64,000 bases of DNA from Guillardia theta CCMP2712. Lineage: Eukaryota > Protista > Cryptophyta. A model generated the notes under the pieces. It had not been told where the DNA came from. It saw only the letters and a list, made by a program, of their open reading frames with translations, and searched no databases. Location: the NCBI RefSeq assembly GCF_000315625.1, contig NW_005434565.1, positions 1 to 64,000 of the forward strand, read 5' to 3'. Below are positions 10,601 through 25,600 of this stretch, piece after piece. Position 1 is the first letter of the stretch; the number at the start of each line of letters is the position of its first letter. The position numbers and the translations under genes were made by a program.

Positions 10601-13600
10601 CTCCAGGTTATTATTGAATTGGAAGAGCTTGTGTTGTCTTGAGCTGCATACTGGTGACACAAGATTTGAGTTGTCGAATTCAGGTCTGGAGGTGAAAAGG
10701 CTTCCTCGTCAGCATTTCCAGCGGTGAAGTGCAAAAGAACTGTTGTACTCCCCAATAAAGGTAGGAGCGACCATGAGCCATTTACAATACGAAGAAGGAA
10801 TATTGAACTGACAATTGCTGGATCTCCAGGAGGTATCCATTTGGGATATGCTTGCTTGGAGTATCGCTCCAGAACCACTACAGAATTCCCTGTCTCTTGC
10901 AGATTCAAATATTCCGATGTCATGTTCTTCAAAAGCAAGGCAGAATGAATAGAATTTATGAACACTTCAGTTTCAGCTCCAGTCCAGTGGGCTCTCAAGA
11001 CGAAAGAATTTCGATTTTCTGAAATGAGCCATCCTCCAGCCTTGAGCATAACAGAGCTACTTTCCAAAAGATATCCTTTGGCATCCATCAAAGTGTGATA
11101 ACTTGCTGCAGTTGATGCAATGCTCATCACGACATGGTCTAATAGCGTGATTCGATCCATCAGCGGCATTTGAGAGTATGTCCACTCGCTTATCTGTGTT
11201 AAAATCATTTGAAAGACGTTCAAAATCGTATCAAAAAGTACAACGGTTGAATAGTCACTAAGACCTGGTGGCAACACAGTCTGACTTTTGAAAGCCATTT
11301 GTCTGATCAGATACAAGACACCTATTTGAATTTGAGCTGTTCCTTCTGTTGGATCATTGGTGATCGTGCGCAAAGCTTCTGACATCTTGTCCAAAAGCGA
11401 TGAGGTGACACTTGAAGCAAGTATTTGACTTGAGTATTGCAGCATTGCATTGATGTACAATATCTGGACACCCTGAACAAGCGAGCCAGGAACTGTTAAC
11501 AACGTCCTTGCACTCCGAATAAGGGGCATCTGACCTTGGTTCCTATGTTTCTTTTGTAATAGAATCAATGATCCTTCGAATAATTTAGTGAAATTCACAA
11601 ATTCTGTCTGATTCCCAACAATGCTCAACATCAATGCCTCAAAATTTACCTGATCGATTAATGCATGACCTCCAAGTGACAACATATACAAAAATCCATA
11701 CCAATCCTGATTTAATGCCTTAGAATCAAGGTTTTCGACTACATTGTAATTCAAGAATGTGATAATATCCGTTCGATTCTTTGGAAGTGCCACAAAATCC
11801 TGTCTTGCAATTGTTGTAAAATCAAAAATGTCAGAGATCTGCACTATAATCGTCATCACATTGCCACTGCGTTGACTTACAGGAGCAATCACATCCGTTA
11901 CTCTGTTGTCGCCTGTCTTGTCGCTGAGAATCAAAAAATCTTCGGCATTTGTTCCCCACTGTACTTCAAACGCATACAGGAGAGGGAAATTATCCTGGCT
12001 GGCTAGAGTCCAATAGAAACAGGTTGCTTGGAACAGTGTTGACAAAGAATATCCGCTTGTTGGAAATATTCGAATGTTGCCGCCGAAAGGCACTTCGGAA
12101 GTCCTCATCAGGATAGTTGCGATAGCAGTTGGTCCAGATTTCTCAAATGCTCTCAAAACAAAGGAATAGTCCGTGTTGCTGGCTAATATTCCTACGGGTA
12201 GCTCCAAAGCGCATGGAGCAACTCCCCCAAGAACTGTACTATCTATCGGCATCCTGCTTGACTCGCGATCCAAAGACCACACATAGGTCAGATCTTGAGC
12301 CGGAGCATTGCATTGAAGTCGCACAATTGAATTGGAGTTGACAGGATTCTCCAATGGCAAAACATACAAATCAAGCTTGCTTGCTCTGCTACTTTCTATC
12401 GAAATATTTCGAACCACGGTCAGTTCCACGAATTTTTCTGCCACAAATGAAAAACCGGCTGGGAAGGTTTCTGAACATGTTCGAATGCCAAATTTCAAAA
12501 CTGGCTTGGCAACTATCACTCTTATACGAATTCTTGTTTCAATGATTCCAAAATAATCCAGCTGAAATCGACATAAATTTGTATCATATACATCTGCATT
12601 TCGATATCCAAAAGGAAGGCTTCCATTGCTGTACAGTTGGCAAAGATTGTCGTCAGAAATGCCATTTGCAAAGTTTACGGTAGGCACTTCGAGGCTCATT
12701 TGTCCACTCGTCAAAGATTGTACCACAACGCTCTCAATAGCAGTGCCGGAGCAAGTCGTTGGCTCAACGCATTCCCACCTGAAACATAGTTGACCTCCGT
12801 CAGGGTCGTAAGATCGAGATGCATCTATGACAAACGGCATCGTTTTCCCATCCCGCCCAATGTTGATTGTCCTTCCGTCCCCAACCACGAGGAGGACTGG
12901 TAGACTTTCAAGAATTTGCACATTTAAGGAAGAGTATTGGTTGGTTATAAGTGTACCAGTGTAAGCTTCAAATACTCTGACTTCGAGTGAGATTGTGTAG
13001 TTTGAACCTAAAGATGTACTTCTTAAAACATCAGGATCTAGACGGAGAACCCTGTTGGTGAATGCAGCAATAGATTGCACAAACAGATCATCTTCAGCAA
13101 TTAAATCATTTGGAACCTTTGCATCATTCATGAATGTTACTTTCCACAGCAATCTGATGTCAGGATCACCACTGACACGTCGCAAGAGAACAAACTGATG
13201 CTCACGGCATGCTAGTGGAGTTTGTATGTCAACAAAGATCTGGGAACCTTGCGCTCTGTATACGGGGTAAGGATTTGGACCTTTGAATCTGACGTAAGGT
13301 ATAGAGTGCGTGAAATTCTTATCAACCACAACAGTAGCCGTTCTTTGCGCACCAAGAAAAGAAGTTACTGTACATGAAATTTGATACCTTCCAGCAGTAA
13401 GGTCACCGTATGAAATTTCTAATTTGGACTTTCCACTCAATTTACCGCATTCATAGTCATGTCCAGAGGTAATTTCACAAACAGAATTTTCGACATTTGC
13501 AGCTGTTGCTGCAGCCACGACCTGTACTGGTGTTCTCGCTACGTCAAGACTAGAAATCGACCAAACATATCTCGATACAGCTCTTGAGCCGGATCCCCAC

Positions 13601-16600
13601 CAAACAACAGCATTAACTACAAGGCCGTCGCATATTCCAATGAATTGTGGACAATCAAGGAAAAGCAGGGGTGAATCAGCATTGATTGGTGGTAATACTG
13701 GCAATGGGCATGACTGATTCTCAGGTTTTGAACAGTCTTGATTATTTGATTGAGGGTTGCAGTTCAGGTCAGGGAGTGTATCCTGAAGAGCTTGATTGCA
13801 TCCATCAGCAGGATATGATAGTAGATTTCGTTGTAGAATCATGCCTGCCCTTAGAAAAAGCTGTGGTGAAACTTGAGAATCCGCTCCACCAATTTTCGCA
13901 GCTTGGCACACAAAGAGTCCTACGTCATTGGCGACATAGCTGCATGGCACAAAAGATGCTCCATAACCAAATATAACATTCAAAACACTTACACCATACG
14001 AATATGGAGCAAAAGTTGAGTTATATGAGTCTTCCCATAGACATCGACTGTTTTCACCAAGGAAATCACTCAGAATCATGTACAAGATTGATCCTGCAAG
14101 ATGATCCTTCTTCGTTGTATTTTCAAGTCCCCTGTCAACAATCAATCTCGGTCTGTCATCATTCACGTATCCTTTGACATACATAATTTCATCATCGACT
14201 TGAATCCTCCAGCCTTGTAAAGGTACTAGGACGTTCAAGTTTGCTGAAAGAATTTCGATATAGTCTGACTGTAAATTGAAACCCAAGTCGAAATCTTTGC
14301 ATCCATCTTGTATCAAGCTTTGTATATTTAGCTGTGTTGGTCCGTAATAACCTGTGCCAGGTTTTAGGATCAAAATCGAAACGATTTCACCGTAATACAT
14401 TCCAGTCAGTGGATCTTTTGTTGGCAAGGAGCATGGGATAGGACAGGGACGTGCTTGGACTACTCCAACAAATCCGATCCCATGAGGGTCATATGCATAG
14501 ATATAAGAACAGTTCACAACGGATTGTGCGGAATTGGAAGCACCACAAGTGCAACCCCAGCCCCCTTTGTTGACAGTAAATGACTCGAAACCACTTCTCA
14601 TGTCTGTTGTAATGCGCTGTCCGCTTTTCAGCCCCCCATCAACGACTGCAGCAATTGTCAAGTAACGATTGCAATCTTCTTGAACAAAGGAGTCGTAAAC
14701 GGCTGTAGGATTACAATCTGACGAGAACACATCTGAACGCAAGTATGGTCTATTGCGATAGTCGTTTCCATGGCAAGTCTGGCTATCAAATAAAATCTGA
14801 AATCCCGTACCGTCTTGAAACAAATTTACAGAAACCACATGAGGTTTGTCATCGAAATAAACCAGCGATTGCTCATTCATGTTTTCTCTACTTTGCTCTC
14901 GAGCAATGCTCAGCTGTCCATCAACTTCAACCCTCACAAGGTGCTGGCCGCACCAGCCTGGAAAAGGATGAAACTTGTCATAGAAATTGTAGGTCGGATC
15001 CGACAATGTTCTTGAATCTAATGGAGTCAAGACATATTTAGGACAACCGTACTGTTCGTCACATTCTGGTCTATTACGAAGCGCTTCATCGAGCGTAGCT
15101 GTGTAATCTTGATATCCAGTGACCTTAAACCAAAAGCCCTTCAGTGCAAACGTGTTGAAAAAGTAGAAGCATACCTTTCGTATATCCCAACCTTGATTGT
15201 TCGGAAAATATACGGAAATTTGCCAATTCACATAAGCGCCTTGAAGCTGTTTACATAAGATTTTAGACTTGTACGACTTAATGAGTAAAAATCACCTCAG
15301 TTAACGGACAAGCTGAATTTAGTGTCGAACAGAGGAGAAATTCCTTATCCCCTGTCGAAGAGAATTTTTGACTAGGAATGCTTGCTCGTATTGGTAACAA
15401 TCCCTAGCGAATGTGTGACTATTTCATTTTTCAAGGATTTAAGCAGGAACCTGGTTCAATTTGTAATGCAGATCGGGTACCTGACATGTCAATTCCTGGT
15501 GGACCCAGGAGACCGTACATGTTTGAATTGAATATTGTTTACAGTTTCCCGTTGAGGTACAACTTCCATAAATCGAATCCAACCATTCATTAGTTGGAGT
15601 TTGACAGCTACATACCCTTGGTGAGCCTGAACATTGCCATCGACATGCACAGCAAATTTCTCGAACATTCTGATAGGTGGTTCCTAAAGGATGCAATTTT
15701 TGAGGAATTGTATCAACATACACAACAATATATCGATCCTGATTGAGAAAAACATTAGTACATTTCAAAAAATTGATACATGTGGTAGAATACAGCAACT
15801 TACCTTGAGTCCAAAATTTAATCCATGAACGGTGATTTGCCGTGATCGCCTCACAGGCCCAAATCTCGGAACAACTTTGCGTACAATCTGCTTAAGATGT
15901 CATGGATGAGTATCAAACGTTTTGAAATAGATTTGACCGGTCTAGAATATGAGAATGAGTTCGGAGAAAATGCAACCTGCGTAAAGAGTAACGATTTCCA
16001 ACCACTCAACAACATGTACTTGGTCAAGTTCAGCGTCCGAAGGGAGCACATTGATCCCAGGCGGTCTATAGAGCACTGATAAAGTTGTCAAAAGATATGT
16101 CATGAACCTTTTTTGCCTACCTGATTCTGCCTGGATGATGGGTGGAGCTGACCAGGGCTCTACCACAAGGATGTTTGTTGAATACGCCACCGACGTTACA
16201 ATCGCATACTCTATCCCAGCATCCTGAAACCGATTATAAGTTCAAATTTTGAAGCCACTTTCAAAGATCACTGTGGGTATAGTATGCGTCTGAGGTGGAG
16301 AAATCGAGATAGTCCCAGCAGTTTCACAAGCAACCTATCATTCAAACAAACCTGTGACATCTATGATTTATAAGGTGATATAACCTGGCAATATGTACAG
16401 TTGATATATCTTTGACAATCGACATTTGACACACAGTGAAATAATGATGGATGCAACACGCCATCTATTTTGCAGAAACCACTCCCAAAAAGCTTCTGAG
16501 GAGAAAAAACTTGGATCAAGCCTGTGCCAGTATATTCGGTTGATGCCACAGTGCTTCCTCTCACAAATGCTTGTCCGAACTGCGTGTCGTATCGCATCGA

Positions 16601-19600
16601 GGGTACGGGGGATGGGCCATCGATGGCAGCTGAGCCGATAGCAACAGAAAGATCTTGCATCTGACCAACACCAGCGGGCATTATACAGATGATATGCGAG
16701 TCCGACATCCATTTATTCCCTTGCCCTTGCCTATACTGCGAGTCACATTGAAATTCATCCGGATGGGACTGAGGTAAGTTTGATTAGTTTTTTGTTCAAA
16801 GAAAAATCAAACGCATACCTGCCAAACTCCATTTGCTTCTGCGCCAGGAGTACAGGGCATGCGGCATACTGATTTGCCATGGAGATATCTTCCTGTTGAG
16901 ATCGATTTCTCAGGATTGTCATACATAGAGCTGCTAACAGATACATTTACAACATCGGCATAAAATCCAAAATTCCTTCCGATGATTGTCATGAGCCAAC
17001 CACCTGCTGCTGATCCAAATGCACTATTGCGGCTCTGTCCTTCTGTACTGGGATGAAATATGACTGGTGCATCATAAGAAAACGAACGGGTCATCGGGAA
17101 GTCCGATCGCATGGTTGAGTTTGATGTACAGCTTCCTAGGGCGCAGTCAAGTGTACTGCATGAAATTCTAGTTGCTGCTGTTGGAGGCCATTTTCCATCA
17201 GAACCAGAGCAAGCAGCAGAGAAGGGAGTGCCTGGTTTGTTTTCCTGCAGTCCGAAGATAGCACCAGTCCAACCGCATGAGTTTGAATACGTGGAACATT
17301 TCTTTAGGAATGCTCCATTTGACCAGATTTGATACGATCCAATGTTGTCAACATATGTAAACAGTGAAAACAATGGAGCAGATTTCCTCACACCAACACT
17401 CACTTCTACCCACCTATTTGAACTGAACCCTGCAGCCAGTTTACAAACAATGGAGCTGTCACTATTCCATCTTGCAGCTTCACAGGCAGTTCCTCCAACT
17501 CGTGGCCTCCCAGAATAGTCACTTTGACCATAATTTGAACCAACGATTGTAATTGACATCCTCCCTGTGCATGCAGCGTTTCCTGGTAAAATGTTATCTA
17601 AAATCGGGCGTTCGAATGAAAATGATTCTGTGAGGGAAGAAATTCGCATTCCATTCGTAACGCGGACTCTGTGCGTTGCATACACACCTGAGGATGTCAA
17701 ACAGAGAATTGAAGTATCTGAATTCCATGTCGAAGTCTCACATGAAGTCCAACCTATTCTTGCATTAGAGGACAGACCACTTCGATTCTGAGATCCAAAT
17801 CCGGTTCCATGTAATGTGATGTCATATGAACCTGTTGTGCTTTCTTCAAATGATATTACATGCACTAGAATAGGAACATCATAAGACAATGCTTCGCTGG
17901 TCGTGGACAATGACATGCTATTAGAAATTGTCATCTTCCTTGTCGCGAAGGCATGAATTGGTGATTTTGAAATAAGGGTAGAATCAGAGTTCCACAGTGT
18001 ACTTTCGCTTTGAGTGAAGCCAATGGATGTGCTTGGAGTGACTGAATTAATTCCAATCAGAGAGCCAGTTACTATCAAATTCATGGCGCTATCGTGTGGA
18101 ATGTTGCTATCATCCCTCGGGAGACCGTATCGAAAACCATGCACTCTCGTAGAAAATGTCAATGAAAGCAAAGTTCCTGAATCATCAATCGTATTGGGGA
18201 TGGCTGTTTTACATAACAATGTGCTGGGGCTGGACCACTTTGTATATGAACAAACAGTTCCATAGAAATTTACAGACTCTTGATTGTTTCCTTGAATGCA
18301 CGAATGCAGCTCTTGCTGACGAATGTTATAGTTTACAGAACTTTGGCTTTCGCAAGTTAGTCTACCAACGGATATCATTGACGCATTTCTATCTTCCAAG
18401 TAGGCAAAACGTTGTACAAGAGCTTCAAATGGCAATACTAAGAAAGGCAGGGAGCAGTTCTGGCAAGTAGAATTAAGGTAAGAAACATTTTGCACCGGAC
18501 ATCCAACTTTCGAGCCGCCGATTGATATTTCAACATTTCTTGCCTGCGAACATAGACTCGGTGCCAGTTCTGCTCGGCATGTACCCAAATGATATGAAAT
18601 CGAGCCTACAATCTTCGAGTCTTCTTGAGTGATATTCACGCTGTATAATTTTCCAGTTGCACGAAGGCTGCTCACTTGGGGGGCAGCAAACGAGAAAAGA
18701 ACAGATACGGATCCGTCATGAACGTCAGATGTGATCGCAATAAGCCTCGAAGATCCTGCCGAACTAGGAAGAGATGAACAAACAACTGAATCAGATATCC
18801 AAAGTGTGCTCTCACTCCGTGTTTGCGCAAAGCGTGTTTGCATCGTCACAGTGTCTATACCCAACATGCTTCCTACGAGCGTGACACTGATCGACCCCGT
18901 CCCTGCTGCATTCGACGTCATGGCTTTGCTAATGACACTTGCATCATAAGAAAAGAACTGGCTTGATGTCGCCAGCCGCTGTACAACAGTCATTTGTATA
19001 CTTCTCGTTGTGACTTGACCAGATGACGGTTTACAGACGACGGACGAGGCCGCAATCCAACGAGTATGCTCTGATGTAGTGACACCGATTCTCGACGATT
19101 GACAGAAGTTGACAGCTGCAAAGTTACCGCCGTAGACTGTCACTGAGCTTGATCCCGATGATGCTTGATTTGTTTTTGTATGTTTTTGCGCGGCAAGGCT
19201 ATAAATGTTAGAATCGAAAGTAAGGATATCAGAAATCGTTGCAAGTTGTGTTGAGATGGATATCGAAAGGCGAGTGGTTCCAAAGGCTCCTGCACCTATT
19301 AGGCTGTACAAAGATGAATCTGATATCCAGAACGTTATTTGACATGCAGTGTGAGAAGCTTTTTGCTTCTGCGTAGACTGATACTGACCATAACGCAAAC
19401 CTCGCAATTCTACTCTGATCGATCCTGTGGTAGCAAGATTTGATCTAACAACATTGGAAACTGTACCGTGGTCGTAGGAGAACGTTTCTGTGGTGGACCC
19501 TAAAATCATTCCAGATGTAGCATGTATTACATGCGTTCGCCCCAATGACTTCACCGAATGCAGCGAGAGCAAACTTGAATCAGACAACCAAAATGATGCT

Positions 19601-22600
19601 TGTCCAGATGACTTTCCAATTGCAACAGATTGGGTATAGCCAACCTTTCCAAAATTACCTCCATTCTTCAAAGCGAGGAAAAAGTTGTTACTCCTCCATG
19701 AAATATTGGTATTGCCGGCTTTGAACAGAAACGTTTCCAGGGTTTCGACAGATCCAATAACTAATGTGTCTGCAGGCACTGCGCAGCTTTGATTGTTGCA
19801 AATCACAGGAAGTATTGTTTTCGGAGGCTGATTGCTTCTCAGTGCAGATGACAGCATTGGTGAATCGAACGTCAGTCTTTGTGTATGTGTCCCAAGATCA
19901 ACACCCACAGTCATTGATAACCTTCTCGTTGATAGAAATCCAGTTCTCCCGACTCTTGCTTGGACTTGAGAATCAGATTTCCAATCTGAAGCTTCTGCAT
20001 CGGTGCGCGATGGTTTGGCATGAAAAGTAAAATCAAAACTCCCAAAACCAAGACCATGTATTGTGATTGAAGAATAAAAAGACAATATTGAATTTGAGGA
20101 TTTGGTGGTTGAAAGCTGTATCAAATCATAGCTGAAAACATTTGAAAACTCGCCTGATTTGATACGCAGTAATGTGGTCAACAAAACATTCCTCGACGAT
20201 GAAAAGCCACGGGCAGGAAATGCCTTTATACTTGTGTCCGAGATCCATAAAGAACTTCGAGCTGAAAGCAAAACTTAAGGGAATGCTACATGAAGTGAAA
20301 ACAAAGTACCTGAAGTGACCATGATTCTGACAGTCGATGTCAAACAAAACGTTGAGAACGATGAACCCATGATAGTGACGCTTGAAGACCCTGTAGAAAT
20401 TGTATTGGCTGATGGAGTGGGGAAAATACCGCATAAAAGTCTCCAGCTCAGATACTGTTGAGAACCTTTAGCAGCAAGCCATGCTGCAACGTTGGAAGGA
20501 GGGATTGAAATATCAGTTCTGTTAATCAGCCCTGATTGTAGACCCCTGTATATGCAATCTGATCTGTCGCTAAACCTCTCGATCTGTATATAATCAAAAG
20601 AAAAGGAAGTTGAAAGAGTGCTAAAAGCAGTAGATGTTGTGATCAACACATTCAAAGAAGCTCGTGAACCGTGAGCAGAAGTACAAGTCAACGCTGATTC
20701 TGATATCCACTTGGTTGACTCCGGCGTTGAATCTCCCATTTTGAACTTCGTCGAAAAAGATGATTGTCCGATATGAGTCCCAAAAATTTGGAATCTTGTA
20801 GATCCTGTACTTGGGCTGTTGGCCTTCGAGGATGACATGAAGGGAGAATCAAACGACAAAGCAGCTGTATGAGTGCCAAGACTCATAGAATTTGTACAAG
20901 ACACTGTTGAAGAGCGAGATACAGAATGGCAAGATTTCAGGATCATGCTTGTATCTGAGATCCATTTCTAGAAAGATGTCACAATACAATACTCACAATA
21001 CAATTAGGTACTTACAGTGTTCACGGCAGAGGATGACGTCATTCTTGAGGCAATAGTCTTATCAAATCCAGAAAAAGAGTTCCCATGCAAAGAAAGCGAA
21101 ATAGAACCAGAAGAAGCGTAATTGAACGAGAGCATGTCCGAAATATGTACCTTGTCGAAAGAATACATGTTTGTAGTTGATGAATACGATGACATCGCTG
21201 TGACCATCAACGAGGCAGAATATTGACATTGAGAGCTGACACGATGGTACAAAGATGTAGCAGAAATCCAAAGTGTGCTCTCACTCCGTGTTTGCGCAAA
21301 GCGTGTTTGCATTGTCACAGTGTCTATACCCAACATGCTTCCTACGAGCGTGACACTGATCGACCCCGTCCCTGCTGCATTCGACGTCATGGCTTTGCTA
21401 ATGACACTTGCATCATAAGAAAAGAACTGGCTTGATGTCGCCAGCCGCTGTACAACAGTCATTTGTATACTTCTCGTTGTGACTTGACCAGATGACGGTT
21501 TACAGACGACGGACGAGGCCGCAATCCAACGAGTATGCTCTGATGTAGTGACACCGATTCTCGACGATTGACAGAAGTTGACAGCTGCAAAGTTACCGCC
21601 GTAGACTGTCACTGAGCTGGAGCCGGAGGCACCACGATTTGCTGTAGAGGAAGAGAACAATTTCAAATTTGCATTGTCCATGGTAAAATACTCAGTGTGC
21701 GAGCCCTCTCGAAACGCTATGACAGTGAGAGTCAGTTTGTTTGTTCCGGAACCAGATACAATCTTGGTTCGGACTGTGCTGTCCGATATCCACGTAGTCG
21801 AGGAGCACGCTGAGTTCGAGCGGGCTCGTGCTGTCAGTCCGAAACTCGAAAACCCTTGACCAATCATGCTCATCCTGAAATATCCAAGTCATTCATGACA
21901 TACCAAAAATGTGAACAAACAAAAATCTACTCACGTCACCGATCCCGTCTTAGGTGAGTTCTTTCTTAAAATCGCACTCAAGTATGGAGGAGAATCGAAG
22001 GTCAGCATATTTGTAGCAGATGAGCCTTTTTGAATCAAAGATAAAGTTATCCGGCAACTCGTACCTGTCACCACAGAGATGAATGTCTGAAAACGATAAA
22101 TCTCAATCAACCTTGAGACGAAGCGGGTCTTGTGAATATTGAAGTAATAGCAAACCAAGTACTCTGCTTTGAAGAACTTCCTGCAATGCGTGTACGGATC
22201 GTGTAGTCCGATACAGGCAAATTCGAGCACAAAATCAAAAATCGTCTACTTCCAGTTCCTGGAAGATTCGCAGCAAGACTTAAATTTCCCAACATTTTTC
22301 CAACTGCTAGATCGGCAGTGTTGTAAGAAAAAGATGCAGTCTCACTATGAAGCATATGCTGAATAGATATGAAGAGGCTGAGGGTGCTTTGAAATCCGTA
22401 TGGTATCTTCACATGTAAGGCAGAATCAGAAATCCACGCCGTACGCTCCGCTGATGTTCTCAAATGTCGTTCCTTTGGAGTCAGATCGAAAAGTGCAAAC
22501 GACGATCCGAAATAGCTGGAGTTCAAAGGAGGAAGCACTGGAGCATTTTGCAAATAAAATTTTGAGAGTGAAGGCAGATCATATGAAGTTGCTTTGCAAA

Positions 22601-25600
22601 TGGTGTTCATGACCATTGCAATCGTGAACCTGAGGGAAAGTGAAGCTCCGACTCCAACAGGAAGCTTACTTTGGATAGCAGTGTCTGATCTCCATCTCGA
22701 CATCTCAGAAACGGAATGACCCAAGCTAATTCCTAAAGAATATTGGGAGACCAGGTAAACTGTCTGGTACAGGATAAGATACTTGGAACCGTAAGTTGGA
22801 ATATTTGTACTAAGGTCAGTGGAGTTGGGGTTTGTAGATGGAATGACATGGTCATAGGATATGGTTTCTGTCATGGATCCAACACGATCCAGAGACGAAA
22901 CAGCTATTCTGAGAGTATTGGTACCACCATGAGCCCATGCACATTTTACAGTTGAATCCGAAACCCAAAGGGTCAACTCGCACACTGAGCTTCCATATCT
23001 GGCCTTTTGTGATATTGAGTTGGTTAACAGGTTCTTTCCGATAGTAATATTTGATACCAGGATCCCATAATGTCTTACCACGTTTGAGCGCTGCATCAGA
23101 GAAAGACTGATCAGATCAAATGTGAAACAAGTTGAGAGAGAGCCCAGTTGGTTTCCGAATGTAATCGATACGCCGGCTAACTTTTCAGAGCCATGAGAAT
23201 GCCTACCGATGATGATGGTGGTCGATATCCACTGGGTTGAAGGTCAGCAAGAAGCAGCATCTATACTGTGATAACATACCTGAGTATTCAAACAAGCGCT
23301 GCCTATCCGGCTCGCAGGTGTAATTGAGTGCGTCGGAGAGAAATATCCATCAAACACCAAGCCTTGCTTTCCAGCTTGCGGTCCATTGACAGGACTGAAA
23401 GAAGAAATTACCTTGCGATCAAAACTGCATATCTCTGTAACAGAGCCCACGGACATGGAGGAAGTTACGACAAGTCTGCGAAAAATTAGCTAAATCAACA
23501 GGTATTTAAGAAAGATTGTGACCTAGCGGTGGTCCGAGATAAATCAACAAAGTGGCACGAAATGCTGGTTGTAGAAATCCAAAACGTAATTTGAGATGAC
23601 GTCTGCAAGAGTCGAACCAGGGCAGAAATTTGCTTGTTGTCAAACGACTGGCCAAACACACTAATTTCATTTCGAAGTGCTTGACCGAAGTTACTTTGTT
23701 GTAATATAGAGATGGACGGGCGCAAATATGAAAATGATTCAGACTGACTGTTGACAACGACTGCCAAAGTGATTTGAATTCCACGTGTCCCTTTCACGCT
23801 TGGAACAAGCCTTACCACGACACTAGAAAGAGAACCCCATTTAGTCTCCTCTGCTTGAGTTGGTGTGATTCGGAAACGCAAAGTGCTGTGGATATCTTGT
23901 GTAAGCATTGTAAAGGGAGACATGATTCCATTTGACTTGTCGGAAGCTTTGTACTTGAAAAAGTCAAAAGAGAAAGACTGTGATGAGGTCGAAATCTGGA
24001 GCCCAATAGACAGTTGAACACTGCTAGAGCTTCCCTCCCCTCCGAGTTTCATAATTGTGATCTGCGAGTCTGAAATCCAAAGCGTAGTGCTACTGCTTGT
24101 GCCTGAAACCCGTACTCCACCAGTATAATCTGAATGTCCAAGGTAGCTTGCAGAAAGAAAAACTGTAGAATCACCTGCCAAATCAAGTTTAGCAAGAAAT
24201 GGAAATGTAAGCAAGAAATACTTGTAAAATATGAGTTGGAACTGACTAGGGAAGATAACTGTGGTATGTTGTACGAAAATGTTTTCGAAGTTCCTTGATA
24301 TTTGTCAAGAAAAGCTTGAAATTTTACATTAGACGCAAGATCGTTGCCTATTCCGGGATTTGAAATTGCAACAAGAAAAGTATTGCTCTGCCACCTGGTG
24401 ACTTCAGCACTTGACGGCGATATCTGAAACAACGGGGAATAATCATTAACTCCAAAGTTGTCACCTTTCACGCTCAGCGTTATCTTTCCAGAACTTGGAA
24501 GATTTTGTTGAAATATTGGAAGAGGATTGAGAGCTTTGTTCTGAAAATTGAAAACTGAACAATAATTTTCTTCAAAGTACGTAAGACTGTCTAGACTCGA
24601 ACAATTGGCTAATTCAGATAGAAATATACTTGAGAAGTCGTAGAAGAATGCATCATCTAACGACACGATCGCATCTCTCGTGGATGTGTTTGCTAGGTTT
24701 GTAGAGTTGCTGGTGGAGTTCAAGTAAAGACTAAGTGTCAAGTGGTCACCGATTCCCTCACTTAACAAGCAATGAAGTTCCCTGTCTGAAATCCAAGCAG
24801 TAGACAAACACAAAGTTGATCCAATTGCCAACACATTGTCTCTAGTGAAAGAGATTCCCCGTACGGTTAGAAGCATTCTCCCTGTCATCGCCCCATTGGT
24901 GTTTTCCAACAGGATTGGGATCCATGTAACTGACTGATTGCCAACTTCGATCGTGTATCGATTCTCCTTGAGCTAATCAAATACTTCAGTTTTGAACAAG
25001 AAAACGATCAATGTCACCGTGAAAGGCTTCTTACATAAGACAGAAGAATCAGACTCCCAATTCACTGCTTGGCAAATCACGTTCTCAACCTTTGACTGAT
25101 GAAACATTAGCAACAAGAAAACAAAAAAACCGTTGTACCTGGGGTGTGTAATCGGCAAAGCCAAAGCCTTTGCCTACAACAGTGATAGTGTCTCCAGGCT
25201 TTGAACTAGGTTGAGCCAAGAGGGATTCTATCGCTAACTCATAAGAAAGAGGGAAAAGCTCAGTTTTAAGTCGAACGCCTGAAGTGAATTGTAGTACATT
25301 GATCTTTCCAACACCATCTGCCACTTTACACAGAATCTGCGAAGTATTTTGCCAAAGAGTGCTCCGAGAGCTTGTCGAAACCAAGCGTGCACGAGGAGTA
25401 TAGTCTACCAACTCTGGAATTTGTTGGAACGCAAAGACGTACCAATCATTTGAATTCGGAGATATGGTAGAAAGTTTTGCTGACGACACTACGATACTAT
25501 CATAGGTAATCGCATTTGAAAGTTGCCCGATACTGTTTGCAACTGTTACAAATGTATTCATGGATTGAGATGTACTGCTTTTCCATGGTCTGCAAGGAAT

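Noticed and set aside
20260-20310. In-frame stop between ORFs 20275-20946 and 16807-20271 as readthrough or pseudogene lesion
   Set aside because: The stop lies in a ~47 nt GT-AG intron (gtactttg...ctttcag) whose removal gives VTS-ARSSLW.
24170-24225. Frameshift between ORFs 24049-24909 and 23495-24214
   Set aside because: Explained by a ~46 nt intron (gtatttc...ttggcag).
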